A stretch of 63,149 nucleotides of DNA, filler included, from Octopus bimaculoides (lineage: Eukaryota), in the NCBI RefSeq assembly GCF_001194135.2. It is 6 parts of 5 records of this genome, joined end to end, with 100 filler letters (N's around TTAATTAATTAA, not from the genome) between each part and the next. Parts side by side here need not be neighbours in the genome. Positions count along the whole stretch, not along the records: positions 1 to 26,472 come from NC_068989.1; positions 26,573 to 41,088 come from NC_068984.1; 4 more parts are not named here. One strand, written 5' to 3'. Numbering within the stretch: the first letter of the stretch is position 1; each line of letters begins with the position of its first letter. The notes beneath the pieces are model-generated. The model did not search any database and was not told where the DNA came from. It saw only the letters and a list, made by a program, of their open reading frames with translations. A program made the position numbers and the translations under genes. Shown here piece by piece: positions 23,796-38,471 of this stretch.

Positions 23796-25504
23796 TGAAT
23801 TGAGAAATTAGTGAATGAAGATTTACCATTGAGGAAAAATCAAGAAGCTTAGGTTGAGAGATATTTGGTGAAATCAAAGAAGCCATCATGGAACTTTCTC
23901 TGGAGGAGAAAAACTCTAGATATACTTTCTTTTGTATACATATTCCAATGTATTTCCAACTTAAAGCAATCTAAATCTCTAATGCAAGCTGCTGTGGTAG
24001 GTTGAAAGTTATCTTAAAGCTCACTCTCTGCTTCCTTGGACTTGATGACAAAATATTGAATGTCAAGAACAATAACATTCTGAAGAGGCATCGACACTTA
24101 AACAGCTGCCGGGAGGTCAATGCTAGATTCATTATTGGACGTGTGTCTCGAAGAGAGTGAATTTTAACTTGTTAATGTTTGTGTGTTAATATTGGCAAAG
24201 TTGTTGTTTTGGTACCACTGACTGGAGTTGATTTGGTAAAAGCAACAAGTTCTAAGGCTACTGGATCCAGTCAAAAACTACAGATTTAACACCCCATGAT
24301 GATGACTATACATTTGAAGGTAAGTGTGTAAAGCCATATTTATCTAATTATAATATTAGACTCATATGGCTTTATGCCAACAGAAGTAATATTAATCTGA
24401 ATAGCTCTCTCTCTCTATGCAAAGGGTTTGCACCCACTGAAGTCAGTAGATATCTATTTGAATAGTAAAAAGAAACCATGGCTTGGATCTAATGACAGAT
24501 TCAAATAATAATAATAACAATAATAATAATAATAATAATGTGTAGCACACACACACACGTTCTATTCATTCCCTTTCAGAACCAAGTTATGGGCTATACA
24601 TAAATACAAAAGGTAGTTGTTATGGTGCAAAGATGAAGATCATTGCGCTTAAACAAACCCATAATGATTAAAAGCATGATGAGAGGATAGTTGCCAGAGA
24701 AAGAGTAGTTTAAAAGACTCTACCCCCTTCATCTCGGTCTCCCCTCACCTTCACTCTCTTCCCCATACACCCACTCACACATCTCCCTCTTTCCCTCCCT
24801 GCCTCCTTCCCATATCCACACACACACACAACTGACTTGATAAACTGCCAAACCACCAGCCGTAGATGTCAGTAGTTCATATTCTGTTACAATTTTGCTG
24901 CTCTGTAGAAATGGTTGAAACAGAGAGAAATTCTCAACAGCTCAACCTCTATAAATAGGCACCTACACAGGGTAGGTGTATTTCAAAACTTTATGCTAGT
25001 TACAGAAATGGAAAATTGAAGAATATTTGGCTTGTGTGCAATGCTGTGTTCAATTCCTCTTGTCAATAAAAGTATTTTCTAGATTGACATTTCCTACACA
25101 TATTGCTTGAAGATGATTCTAATGGTTATAATGGATTATAGAACAAGTCTTCACTACCACACTGAACATAGGAAAATATCGAAAGGATTCTTCAAGAAAT
25201 TTTCTCAAAGCAAAAAAAAAAAAAACCTGTCAAAGCATTTTCTTTTCCCGGATGGTGGTCCAAGTCATGGCAGATGAATTTTCTTTATTTAATAAAAGAT
25301 AACAATTGTAGAATATGTAGATCTAATGATTGGTTGAATAACTTTTTTTGATTGAAACATGAGGGAATGCCTGGCGCCAAAAGTTCACAGAAGATTCTTT
25401 GATATCATCACAGAAGGAAACATCCAAGAAACGTAGTTTGTGGCAGTTCTGTAGGATCCTAAATAAAATATAATAATAATAATAATGATAACAATAGTAG
25501 TAGT

Positions 25505-25700
25505 AGTAGTAGTAGTTTCATTGAAATTGGAAAAAATGTGGCATCTCAAGTTTGTTACAATACCAGTGATTGTAGGATCACAAGGAATGGTCAAAAAAGA
25601 ACTGACCTATATACACAGTCTTCAGACACTTCCCAAATACCAAGGATGTCCAACTGCTCCAAATTACATCCATATTCAGCAAAATTTATCAAATCTTCAT
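25505..25700 (+). mobile_element. R4/Dong-like LINE 3' remnant
   Basis: KLEKMWHLKFVTIPVIVGSQGMVKK, homologous to 54900 and 59500-59560. Confidence 0.6.
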
Positions 25701-26079
25701 TACACACAGTCCTAAGGAGAGACAGAAACGATAGGCAAATAAACACATAATAATAAGCACAACAGAGGCAGACTCATTGAAGAATCTCTACTCTCGCCCC
25801 CCACCATCATCATTTCATGTCTGCTTCCCATGTTGGTGTCGGGTGAATGATTCATCATGGCCTGAGTTAGTTCTTGTTTAGATTTACTATCTTCCCACCC
25901 AAGTTAAAGATCATATCTCAACCATGTTTCATTTAGGGAATAGTTTCTATGACTGCCTGTGCTAATACCAACTATACAGAATACCGAAGGTGCATTTTAA
26001 TGTGGTACCAGTTCTAGAAAAGTTGTCAGATCCTCAATAAGCTTAAAGGGTCCTCCTGGGCGTACAATTTCTCCAGTTA

Positions 26080-26472
26080 TTCACCAAACACTTTATGACG
26101 GGCATCTATGTACCCCACAACATAGATTAGTAGTTAGCGACTTTGGGATCAAGGCAAAATGGGTGCCCAGAATTAGACAGGCTTGGAGAAGAAGGGTGTG
26201 GAAGCTTAAAGACCCTGCAAACGGACAGAGACTTAGAGACAAGTTACTTGAAGCATTTAACGAAATAGAAGGGGATATAGCATCATACAACGTGGAAGAC
26301 AATTGGAGATTTCTGCGGGACAATCTGTTGAAAGCCACCGACCAGATTTGTGGGTGGTGTAAGGTCCCCTCCCAACCCAGAGTAACGTGGTGGTGGAACA
26401 AGGAGGTAGACAGGGCTATTAGACAAAAGAAACAAGCTTGGAAGGACTGGAAGAACGGTGGTAGCAGGGAAT
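26080..26472 (+). mobile_element. RTE LINE fragment truncated by linker
   Basis: RRRVWKLKDP...LLKATDQICGWCK...TWWWNKEVDRAIRQKKQAWKDWK. Confidence 0.85.
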
Positions 26473-26572
26473 NNNNNNNNNNNNNNNNNNNNNNNNNNNN
26501 NNNNNNNNNNNNNNNNTTAATTAATTAANNNNNNNNNNNNNNNNNNNNNNNNNNNNNNNNNNNNNNNNNNNN
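26473..26572. other. Artificial 100-bp scaffold linker
   Basis: 44 N + TTAATTAATTAA (stops in all six frames) + 44 N. Confidence 0.92.
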
Positions 26573-26632
26573 TATACAACTTTGTATATAAAATAAATTT
26601 TACAAACAAACTTTTTAAAACATGAAAAAGGC

Positions 26633-26697
<65 letters not shown>

Positions 26698-26730
26698 GGA
26701 TGGATGAATGGATGGATGGATGGATGGATG

Positions 26731-26785
<55 letters not shown>

Positions 26786-27876
26786 CATACATATACGCAC
26801 ATATATATTTATATGTATATGTACGCGTGTATAAACACAGTACATATATGTGTGTGTATAGACGTTTTCACCAAAGCTATTGTCGGTGACTTCGAAGTTA
26901 TCAAATTTTTTTCTCGAAATGATTGACGTATACGCAGTCTACTAAAAAGTGTTTTGGTCCTTCAATTTTGCTTTCATATATAATTTCACATAAAAACAAA
27001 TATTAAGGACCCTGTTAGTGTACAGCATCAGAGCATTTTAGCTCTTATTTCTACCAATGTAGGTGTTTTCTAACACCCTAGTCACATTTAGTAACAATTA
27101 TAATTCTCCTTTTTGGTAAACACTGCAAACTGTAGTTTATATTAATTATATATATATATATATACATATATAAACAAAAGACGAAGACAGGTGTATAAAC
27201 AACAAACAAGTGTATTAGTTTGACGCTCGGGAAAACGAAAAAGTCTGTTACGTTTCGAACCTACGCTCTTTAACAAAAACAAATAAGAGAAAATAAACGG
27301 AGAGAAAATGAAAATATATATACGCGCGCGCACACACATATATATACATGTACATATAACTATACATATACATATGCATATATATATTGCTCTCTTTATC
27401 TTTTTATTTTTATATATTTACATATACACACGCTAATACACGACTTATAATCCCCAATCCTGTTCATACAACGACTGGGGCAAAACTAGTCGGTATACAG
27501 CACTTACTCGGTATTACCTGTATCCTCTTGGGTTTGGTTAAATCCAATACCCTCCTCAACCATATATNNNNNNNNNNNNNNNNNNNNNNNNNNNNNNNNN
27601 NNNNNNNNNNNNNNNNNNNNNNNNNNNNNNNNNNNNNNNNNNNNNNNNNNNNNNNNNNNNNNNNNNNNNNNNNNNNNNNNNNNNNNNNNNNNNNNNNNNN
27701 NNNNNNNNNNNNNNNNNNNNNNNNNNNNNNNNNNNNNNNNNNNNNNNNNNNNNNNNNNNNNNNNNNNNNNNNNNNNNNNNNNNNNNNNNNNNNNNNNNNN
27801 NNNNNNNNNNNNNNNNNNNNNNNNNNNNNNNNNNNNNNNNNNNNNNNNNNNNNNNNNNNNNNNNNNNNNNNNNNNN

Positions 27877-27907
<31 letters not shown>

Positions 27908-27999
27908 CAGGTTAAATTTTTCGTATTTTTTGCATAATTTTGTAATTCGACTCTTGACTTACAACTTTACTTCTTAGTTAACCGCTATCTTCTAGTTTT

Positions 28000-30400
28000 A
28001 TGTATCTTCTAATTTCTAATGTTTTGTTTAGTGCTAACTCATCGATATAACGAAGGGCCTCAATAATCTCATGCATAAACCTGCAATAATATTTTTCACT
28101 CCGAGAATTTGATGAGTTCTCATTAGTTCCTCACAAATACTTTCATTTTCTTTCATTTTTAACATTATTCTCACATTAGAAAAATGTTAAATAATTCTAA
28201 CATTAGAATAATGTTAGAATAAATCGTCTGGACAACTGACTTTACTGTACACACTTTCTTTTTCTCTAACACAGATCGGCATCCTTATGATATACAGACG
28301 GTTTATCATGGGTGAGTATGTCCCTACATCACTATAATTTTTCACACATTCATCATCAGGACTATTCATTCTATAGATTGTATTGTATTCTGTATTGGCC
28401 ACAACAACATATCTCATAGGAAGATATCGTGATGACATCTTCAAACAGCTACGCATGGTGTGGGTTGAATCTTTAATGTTAATTCCATAATACGAGCCTC
28501 ATTTATCACATCTAAGTGATCCAATCAAGCATTGTTCAGATCCCATCAACAAAAGTATAAGCAATTCACTGCAAGTATAAACATCATTATAGAGAAAACT
28601 GTCTGAGTCATTTTTGTCAGTCTGATATTTTGTTGCTATTTTCCGGTCCTAGATTGCAAAAACATACCCTTCGGAGTGAGAGCTAATATATCGGTTATTG
28701 ATCTAAATCACACTACTATGTTTATCTATGTTACATCGTCATTCTAAAGCTGTTTGACAAGATAGCCATTCATAACCATCTCCTGAAAAGTAGAATGTCT
28801 GATGATCTATTGCAGTAGAGCTATGAAAATGTATCTCTGGTCACTAAACAGGGTATCTTTCTGAAGAGTTCTTTCCAGTTCTCATGATGTTATATTCCTC
28901 AAATGTGAAAACTTGGTCCATAGGTACACCTCTGCTTTTGTTGGTTGGTAGATTTTGTCGAATGGTTAGGATTCTATTTGAATCGATATTCATATCCTGC
29001 TTAGATCAAGGCTCTGCTTCATACCATTCAATTTTTAACTTATACTTTCAGGTCTTTCAGAAAGATGTTTCGGTTTGATGTTTCTGTTTTCCTGTGAACC
29101 AATTAAGTATTGTTCAGATTCCACCAACAAAGGTATAAGGGATTCACAGCAAGTATAAATATCATCACAGAGGGCATTGTCTCCTTGAAATAGGTACTCC
29201 TACGATAGTTTATCACACCAGTGACAAAACACAACCACTCCTTGTATCTAACTTTATTCTCTCAAAAACACAAGAATAACCAAGTATTGAACTCCCAAAA
29301 CGAGGTTAGGTTGTCTATAATCCTGATTATGATCCCTGGAACTTTAGAAAATCAAATAGTTTCCAGGATACACAAGTGGAGAACAGACCCGAATGCTTTT
29401 GTTATGATGCAACCTGACCAGAACTAAGTTCCTCCAATGTCATTACACTTCTGATACACCCCTTAAGAATTTCTCCACACATTCCTCAGTTTCTCATTTA
29501 TCAGTAAATGTAGTGATATTGTTACTATCATACTGATACAAAAGGAATCAGTTCAGACAGGCTGTCAATATTTCCAACATTAAATTCTAGCATGTAATTG
29601 ATCCGTAGTTCTTTGCCATGCTTATGAGCTTTTTCTTTTTTTCTTTTCTTTTTTTTTTTCTTTTTTCAGTCAGACTTGTTTCAACCAATATCAGCCTTTT
29701 TGGTGCATTATATCTCTACTGAAATCTTCCTTGTGAAAGTCAATAAAATACCCTCGAGGGGAGGTACATATATTTTTGTATCAATAGCCAACAATCAAGT
29801 CTCTTCCTGGTGATTTTGTTTTTTATCCTGAAGCATTTCTCTTATAGTCTGTCTCAAAAATATCACCATTGATTCTCCATAATTTTGATGAAATTCACAA
29901 ACAATATTTCATCCAATTTCTTCCATCCCCACATCCTCCTGGTATAATTTCTGTCTTTCACTCCAGATTTTTTTCCAAAAAAATGATACTGCACCTTCCT
30001 AAGAAGGAGTTTCTGTGACCTTCATTTCTCTCATATCTTAGTAAACTCTCAATGATTTCACCGAATTGTTAATTATTTTTCCTATAGCTTCTCTCTTCTG
30101 ATGCCAGTGTTTCTCTCTGACAGCTTTTAAAGCCAGCTTCAAAGTGATCAATTTATATTCAAATTTATGTCATATTTTTTACTTGATGAGAATGCAGTTA
30201 CACGTTTACAATGTAACAAATACTGCCATTTAACTGATTAGTCTTCCATAAATCAACGGTCTTTTTCTTTCTTTTCTTCATATTTAAATCCATTATAGCA
30301 TTTTTGCTTTTGCCTTTGATCTTGTTTACTGCTTTCTTAGTTCTTGTTTATTCCTATAGTAACTTTGCTTATCAGTTGTGGAAATTGCATCTAAAGAAGC
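28000..30400 (-). mobile_element. Heavily degenerate, rearranged R4/Dong-like (REL-endonuclease) LINE
   Basis: Minus-strand remnants resembling FWxKIWSE, KNYxxITC, KAFxSV and FQGD. An ~85-bp segment is present twice (28505-28600, 29098-29180). Confidence 0.65.
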
Positions 30401-31465
30401 TTATATTTGCCAAAATGAAGGGACATTGCTTTGTTGTAAATATTACCTGTGTATTTTGCTAATCACTGTTAACATCAAGTCAGTGGATCTTTTATTAATA
30501 CTTGTCACGTGTAAATCTGTCTTTTGTGGGATATCACGAACAAATAACTTTTTCTAGGAGCATTTCATTAGAAAACACATTTCAATGATTATATTCTTCA
30601 CATTCCCAGCTCGTAATACACTTGTTACTATAGCGTGGCTGTTACTATAACGACCGACAGATAAATACAGGAGGTCAGCCTTACTGCAAGGTAACATAGT
30701 AACAGTCGGTACTAGGTCGTGTATATATTATGATGTATATTCTAAGGTTATGTTCGTTTATTGATATTTGTGTGCTATATATTTGAAAATTATTTCATCA
30801 ACCCTTGTCTTGCCTTCAACAAATATTACTGGTTGCAGTGATTGTTTTGTCATAAATTAATTCAGCTTTGGAGAAATTTCGAACCTGTATCTTTTTTTTA
30901 TTTAATTCCTGCCGCTAACAGAGGGATCTTTCACACAACCATTTAATATCAATTACGCAAGTTATTAAATTCATATTCAATTACGCAGGTCATTACGTTC
31001 ATAGTTAAACGCAAATCATTATTGCATTTATAATTTTAAAAGAATATAACATATTACAATTTTTTTAAGTACAACTAATAAATAACTGTTTAATATTTTA
31101 GATGTTGTTCTTCTCATGCTGTTCAGTCTTGTCACGCTGTTGTAGCGATTGTCTGGAGAGAGACTTCAAGTTTGTTACTAGTATACCCACAGTATTGAAT
31201 ATGATCAAAAGAATAACCAGTGATTTAATATACCTGATGGTTGTGGTATAGATGGCGGAGATGGTGTTTATAGCAAATTCAATGACTCAATTATGGGTGT
31301 TTAAACCGAGTTTCTGTGCGGCTACATGTGAGTATGTATGTTTGTATGAGAGTATATTTCTATGCAATATGTGAGAATGAATCTATGTATTTTTGCATGT
31401 ACATATGTATGAGTCCTTATGTTGCATGCATGTATAATAAATATATAGATTAATAGATACATACA

Positions 31466-31523
<58 letters not shown>

Positions 31524-31525
31524 TA

Positions 31526-32353
31526 CAGGGTGAATAAATTGTCATCTAAATTACGCAAAAATGATTATAACACTGACATCTCATTTTAACAGATATATTT
31601 ACCAAAATTACATTAAAATATCTTGAAATACTTTAGTAAATTTATTCAATAAAATTGCCATTGGTTTCAACCACGGCCTCCAGACGACTTCGGAGTCTCC
31701 TGCAGCTCATCTGGGCGGTCTCCTTGTTTAAGTTGGTGAATGCTGCCATAATCCTTGCTTTGATATTACAAACAGTTTTGTTGGTCTCTCGCTCAACTGC
31801 GCCCCACACATAATAATCAAAGGGGTTGCAGTCGGGGGAGTTAGCTGGCTAGATATTAGGGGTGATGTGGTCGCAGAAATTGTCTGGCAGCCATTGCTGG
31901 GTTCTCCTGTTTGTGTGACATGGTGCAGAGTCCTGTTGCCAGACATAGGATCTTCCAGCAGCCACCCCCTTTACCCGGGGCAGCATTACATCCTCCAGGC
32001 ACTTGATGTAGGCCTCCGTGTTGAGTCTGAGGTTGTGTTCGAAGATGAATGGAGGCATAACGTCGCCATCACGAATGATCATTCCAAACACCATGATGTT
32101 GACTGCATGTTTTATCACTTTCTGTACATGTCCTCAGATTGACACCCAAACACTCTGAAATGTTTGTATTAGAGCTTCCGGCGTGAATGCTAAGCAGTAC
32201 AGCATGTCGTTTCCAAATTTCTGGGAGAGTGAACTGTGTCTGGTGCTGTTTTTCTCACAGACGGTGCCCAACTGACTCTGCGTAGTCAGTAAAATCAAAA
32301 ACAATGCACATGCGCAAGATAAAGAAAAATAAAATGATGATAATTTACCCATT
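31526..32353 (-). mobile_element. Internally deleted Tc1/mariner transposon, DD37D (maT) family; transposase pseudogene ~31642-32118
   Basis: WQQDSAPCH...[W>TAG]PANSPDCNPFDYYVWG with 37 residues between D2 and D3. TA|CAGGGTG TIR start at 31524-31532. Degenerate opposite TIR at ~32335-32353. Confidence 0.88.
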
Positions 32354-32441
32354 GCAAAAATATATACATATATTGTGTGCGTGCACTTGTGTGAGTGTGT
32401 GTGTAATTATATTTTTTCATGAATGCATATATCTATGTATG

Positions 32442-32498
<57 letters not shown>

Positions 32499-33474
32499 NN
32501 NNNNNNNNNNNNNNNNNNNNNNNNNNNNNNNNNNNNNNNNNNNNNNNNNNNNNNNNNNNNNNNNNNNNNNNNNNNNNNNNNNNNNNNNNNNNNNNNNNNN
32601 NNNNNNNNNNNNNNNNNNNNNNNNNNNNNNNNNNNNNNNNNNNNNNNNNNNNNNNNNNNNNNNNNNNNNNNNNNNNNNNNNNNNNNNNNNNNNNNNNNNN
32701 NNNNNNNNNNNNNNNNNNNNNNNNNNNNNNNNNNNNNNNNNNNNNNNNNNNNNNNNNNNNNNNNNNNNNNNNNNNNNNNNNNNNNNNNNNNNNNNNNNNN
32801 NNNNNNNNNNNNNNNNNNNNNNNNNNNNNNNNNNNNNNNNNNNNNNNNNNNNNNNNNNNNNNNNNNNNNNNNNNNNNNNNNNNNNNNNNNNNNNNNNNNN
32901 NNNNNNNNNNNNNNNNNNNNNNNNNNNNNNNNNNNNNNNNNNNNNNNNNNNNNNNNNNNNNNNNNNNNNNNNNNNNNNNNNNNNNNNNNNNNNNNNNNNN
33001 NNNNNNNNNNNNNNNNNNNNNNNNNNNNNNNNNNNNNNNNNNNNNNNNNNNNNNNNNNNNNNNNNNNNNNNNNNNNNNNNNNNNNNNNNNNNNNNNNNNN
33101 NNNNNNNNNNNNNNNNNNNNNNNNNNNNNNNNNNNNNNNNNNNNNNNNNNNNNNNNNNNNNNNNNNNNNNNNNNNNNNNNNNNNNNNNNNNNNNNNNNNN
33201 NNNNNNNNNNNNNNNNNNNNNNNNNNNNNNNNNNNNNNNNNNNNNNNNNNNNNNNNNNNNNNNNNNNNNNNNNNNNNNNNNNNNNNNNNNNNNNNNNNNN
33301 NNNNNNNNNNNNNNNNNNNNNNNNNNNNNNNNNNNNNNNNNNNNNNNNNNNNNNNNNNNNNNNNNNNNNNNNNNNNNNNNNNNNNNNNNNNNNNNNNNNN
33401 NNNNNNNNNNNNNNNNNNNNNNNNNNNNNNNNNNNNNNNNNNNNNNNNNNNNNNNNNNNNNNNNNNNNNNNNNN

Positions 33475-33507
<33 letters not shown>

Positions 33508-34164
33508 TATATGTATGCATGTGCGTGTGTCTGTCATATATATACATACACACACATATATATACATATATATACATATATATATATACACACACGCACA
33601 TGTACATATACGTATATATGTATATGTGTGTACCTATGTATAAATGAATGCATTTATGTATGTATGTATGTATGTATGTGTGTGTGCATGTATGTGCATG
33701 TAAGATTGTATGCATGTATATATGAAGGTATGCATATGTTCTTTAGCTTTATTTTTAAAATTTCTTACCAACTGAAAAGGTTTCCAACCTAGCAACAAGG
33801 ATCTTTCGTTGGAATCCAGACAACGTCAAACAGGGTTGTCATGAGTGTGACTACAGATGCGCGCACATGCCTGCGAGCGCGCGCGCTTGTGTGTGTATCA
33901 GTATATTTGCACGCCTGTATATGTGCATATGTATGTGTGCGAGTGCTTTTGTGGACCTGCATATTTGCATATATGTATATATGTATATGAATGTGTGTGT
34001 TTTTGTGCTTAGGTATATGTAAAGCCTATATATATGCATGTGTACATATACAGACACGCATAATTATATGTATATTTGTATATGTATGCATATGTATATA
34101 TATGTGTATGTATATGTATATATGCATATGTCTATATATGTATATACAAGTTTGTATATGTATA

Positions 34165-34229
<65 letters not shown>

Positions 34230-34360
34230 NNNNNNNNNNNNNNNNNNNNNNNNNNNNNNNNNNNNNNNNNNNNNNNNNNNNNNNNNNNNNNNNNNNNNNN
34301 NNNNNNNNNNNNNNNNNNNNNNNNNNNNNNNNNNNNNNNNNNNNNNNNNNNNNNNNNNNN

Positions 34361-34397
<37 letters not shown>

Positions 34398-34444
34398 GCC
34401 CAAAGCTCGCAACAACGTTCTATTCCGTTATCTGATCGTAAAGG

Positions 34445-34590
34445 CTCATTGCTGTAGCTGCTTCTGTTGTTGCTGTTGCTGTTGCTGCTGTTGTTGTTAT
34501 TGTTGTCATTGTTGTTGCTGCTGTTTCTGCTGCTGCCATTGCTATTTTTGTTGTTGTTGTTCCCGCTGTTGTTGTCGCTGTTGTTAGCTT
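34445..34590. repeat. Compound (TGT/TGC)n trinucleotide repeat
   Basis: Directly visible; source of the poly-Cys and poly-Asn ORFs. Confidence 0.9.
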
Positions 34591-34909
34591 TTCTAGTATG
34601 ACCTCTGTAATATTCAGAAACACTACTGATCAGACGTTGATTGTGTTCAATGCTTTCGACCCAGTCGACGACAAAGACGTCTCCAGCTACCATCTCCACA
34701 TAATAACCATCCTAGTAACCGTCCCTTCGAGATAACCATCCTGTTGTGCAATGTCACATAAGTTGTTGATTTACCAATACAAAACATCCTATTTATTCAA
34801 GGATGATGTGTTCGTCTGTATATGGCCCCTTCTGTTGATTGAATAATTGAATATATAATCGAGAAGTAAGATGAATTTTGAGAATTGAGGGGGGGTCTCT
34901 CTCTCTATC

Positions 34910-34991
<82 letters not shown>

Positions 34992-35079
34992 ACACTCTCG
35001 CCCTCTGCTTTTAACCATACTATCACATAAACCTTTTTTCCACATCTCAGGTAGTTCCTATGGTTATCAAGCGCTAAGG

Positions 35080-35370
35080 CTTATAGCTTAGTGATTACAG
35101 TATTCCACTCACGATCGTAAAGTCGTGAGATCGATTTCTGGTGGCACGTTGTGTCCCTGAGCAAAAGCACTTTATTTCACACTGCTCTAGTCCAATCAGC
35201 CGGCAAAAATGAGTTGTACTTGTATTTCAAAGCTTCATCCTTGTTACATCCTGTGTCACGCAGAATCTCACTGAGAATTACATTTAACGGTACCCGTATC
35301 TGTAGAATGCTCAGCCACTTGCACATTAATTTCATGTGGAACACGCGTCGTCGTAACCGTCGGGGTCTCA
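35080..35370 (+). mobile_element. tRNA-derived SINE with CORE-like domain
   Basis: A-box-like tagcttagtg, B-box-like gagatcgattt, then gtgtccctgagcaaaagcactttattt. Confidence 0.55.
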
Positions 35371-35873
35371 GTTAGTTACGGTACCAAACAAAGATTATAC
35401 AACTGTAGGGGCTCAGGATTCTTTGGGCTCAGGCCCAAAATATTTAATCTGCACTGCTACAATGTCCTCCAACCCCGTTTGCTTTTTCCAGTTGAAGAAC
35501 TGACCATTTTCAGCTCTTTCCGCGTGGAGTATTGTAACCAAGGTCTTGTTTAGCCACAGTTTGATGTAACCAAAGCCTTCATTGAACTTGTTTTACAGTT
35601 TAGTTTTGTGTTCTATATTTAACTATATTTATCGTTCAGAACTAATTGGCAGACATCTAGATTTCCATTAATATTTGGGCACTGAAAGCAGAAGGGAGCT
35701 TTAAGATTACCACGATATTTACATGTTAAATTTCATGCCTTCTTTCACATATCTCTAGACATTTTAATACGACGAAATGTTACAGTTTATTAAAAATCTA
35801 TATTATTCACCAAAAACATGTTTATATATATTTTTATATACACACACGCACTCACATATATACACATGTGTAA

Positions 35874-35965
<92 letters not shown>

Positions 35966-36100
35966 ATGTATGTATGTATAAATTGCACTTCATAATTGAG
36001 ATTCCGATGAAGCTATAAGATGTTACTCAGGCAGAAACACCTGTAAGCTAATGAAGTTCATAAAATAATCGTTTATTCCTTTCTCATTGTCTTTTCTTAT

Positions 36101-36138
<38 letters not shown>

Positions 36139-36289
36139 GCACACATACACACACACTCACACATAATATATGTGTCAATGTATGTGTGTGTGTGTATGTA
36201 CGCACTCACATGCACACACTCACAGACACAGACACATACACTCACACTCACATACACACACCACCACCACACATACACCACGCACACAC

Positions 36290-36484
36290 ACAAAAGAGTC
36301 ACAAACCGAGCAAACCAGCAGGGGACTTAAGGGTAAGCCAAAAACGAGATGGTTGAATAATATACATAGTCTCAGTTGGTCACGCTTGGGAATCCAGCCG
36401 GAAAGCATAATGAGGGTTGCTTTTGATAGGAGCCTATGGAGGAGGAGCCTGGGGTGTCTACCGCCACAAACCACCCAGGAATAA
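36290..36484 (+). mobile_element. LINE 3' ORF end (RTE/RTE-X-like)
   Basis: KGKPKTRWLNNI...AFDRSLWRRSL...PPQ*. Confidence 0.65.
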
Positions 36485-36697
36485 TGGGCGGAGAAGTTAG
36501 ATGAATGGACCTTCATCTTTTATCTTTTACTTGTTTCTGTCATTAGACTACGGCCATGCTGGGCACCGTTTTGAAGAGTTTTTAGTCGAGAGAATCGATA
36601 TCGCTACTTATTTTATCGGTTTCTATTGCCGAACCGGTAAGTTATGCAGACGTAAACACGCCAACACTGGTTATCAAACGGTCGGTAGGATAGATAA

Positions 36698-36776
<79 letters not shown>

Positions 36777-37254
36777 TGCATGTGTGTGTATGTAAATAAT
36801 TAGAGAGAAGTTACATTTGCAAATATTTCTACTTACAAAATACCTTAACAGATAAACCAAAAAGAACTGAATACCTGAATCAACTTCACTATGTATGCTA
36901 ACAGATTCCATTGGCGAAGGTAATTCTCAGACGATGTGGTTGGCACCTTGGTTATACTAACGAGAAAAATATTACTCAGTACATTTTACAGCGTTTATTT
37001 ACTCAGTTGAGGTTTCGCTTGCTCTCTACTCTGACTTTTACGATAGGATTCAAGTTTCATTTAAATTTACAATATTAATTATCAATGACTTAAACTCCCA
37101 TTTTAACAAAAGTTAATGAGTTAAATTACTATCGGAGGTGAAATAAGTCTTGGGTGTCCGATACTGAATTTATTCAAATATTCTAGCCATTAGGATTTGA
37201 GTCTCCTTCGATCTATATCTACCTTTTACCATTGACTATTTTTTTTTGTTTTTT

Positions 37255-37575
37255 TTCTTGTGCGTATTCTACCGGTATATTTTGCCGAACCGCTATGTCA
37301 CAGGAACGTCAGAAAACTAGCTTCAGTTGTCAATCGGTGGTGACGGACAAACAAACACGCAAGCACACAACACACAAACACACACATATGTGAGTGCATA
37401 TATGTCGGTGAGTGTGCAACGGGCTTCTTTCAGTTTACGTCCACCGAATTCACTCGGAAATTTTTAGTCGGCCAGGGGCAACAGTAGAAGGCACTTGTCT
37501 CAGATATCACGCAGTAGGACTGACCCCGAAACCATGTGGTTGGAAAACAAACTTCCTACCATACAACCACGCCTG
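37255..37575 (-). mobile_element. tRNA-SINE (family of 56731-57165)
   Basis: Reverse complement of the 56731 copy (ccgaaccgct...gggcttctttcagttt...gaaaccatgtggtt). Confidence 0.75.
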
Positions 37576-37595
37576 CTTGTGTATGTATGTGTGTG

Positions 37596-37640
<45 letters not shown>

Positions 37641-37666
37641 NNNNNNNNNNTGTATGTATGTGTGTG

Positions 37667-37714
<48 letters not shown>

Positions 37715-38300
37715 GCAATTAGAAAATGGAGGAGAATATGCTGTACTCAACGACTTGTAGACAGTGTAATTGGATAGATACTATCCCTTAGTGGGTTGAA
37801 TCCTCAACCCCTAACTCTCTTGCATTATATATATATATATATATATATTGATAGATTTTGAGCAAAGATCATGCTAAAGATCATACCAAAAGGAAATATG
37901 TAGCAGAGACAAAGATATCCTGTCCGAATGTACCGCCTGAATGGTTATACAAGATATATTCTATACAATGAACCCAAGAGCCAGCTGGGTGCGTTAAACA
38001 GGGCGACGTACTAAGTGTCACATTTAAATTCGAGAACGCTCCTTGCTTTGGGATTCTCTGCCGTTATAACGTGACATAATAATTGAAAGTACTTGCAATA
38101 AATGGTGACCTCATTTACCCACGATGAAGCTCCGAAACAGGATACAGAATATAGTCACTAGTCTAGGGAAATTCATTATATTCAGTGACTATAAACAAGA
38201 GAAACACCTGTGGCAGGTGTTGCTATCAATCTGCAGATACAAATAAACGAACACACAGAAACGTGCTTATACATGCATATGTATACACACACATACATTC

Positions 38301-38432
<132 letters not shown>

Positions 38433-38471
38433 TGGAAATATAGAAAATCCTTGCTGCAGTATAATATATTG

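Noticed and set aside
24284-24319. Strong donor GAAG|GTAAGT with short upstream frame (LTPHDDDYTFE)
   Set aside because: No convincing polypyrimidine acceptor, no homology, no partner exons.
28275-28311. Textbook-looking 37-nt plus-strand exon (ctaacacag ... G|GTGAGT)
   Set aside because: Lies antisense inside the decayed R4-like LINE, has no partner exons and no recognisable peptide. Exonisation cannot be excluded.
32304-34699. Long ORFs of 100-450 aa (YIYI, CVCV, poly-X, poly-Cys, poly-Asn)
   Set aside because: Produced by microsatellites and N gaps. The same applies to similar ORFs at 16584-17071, 27387, 35777-36018, 40077-40802, 54729-55727 and 57954-59232.
35440-35610. Minus-strand ~58-codon frame containing EGFGYIKL (RNP1-like)
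   Set aside because: Wrong strand and scaffold for RBM28; no start codon or splice signals.
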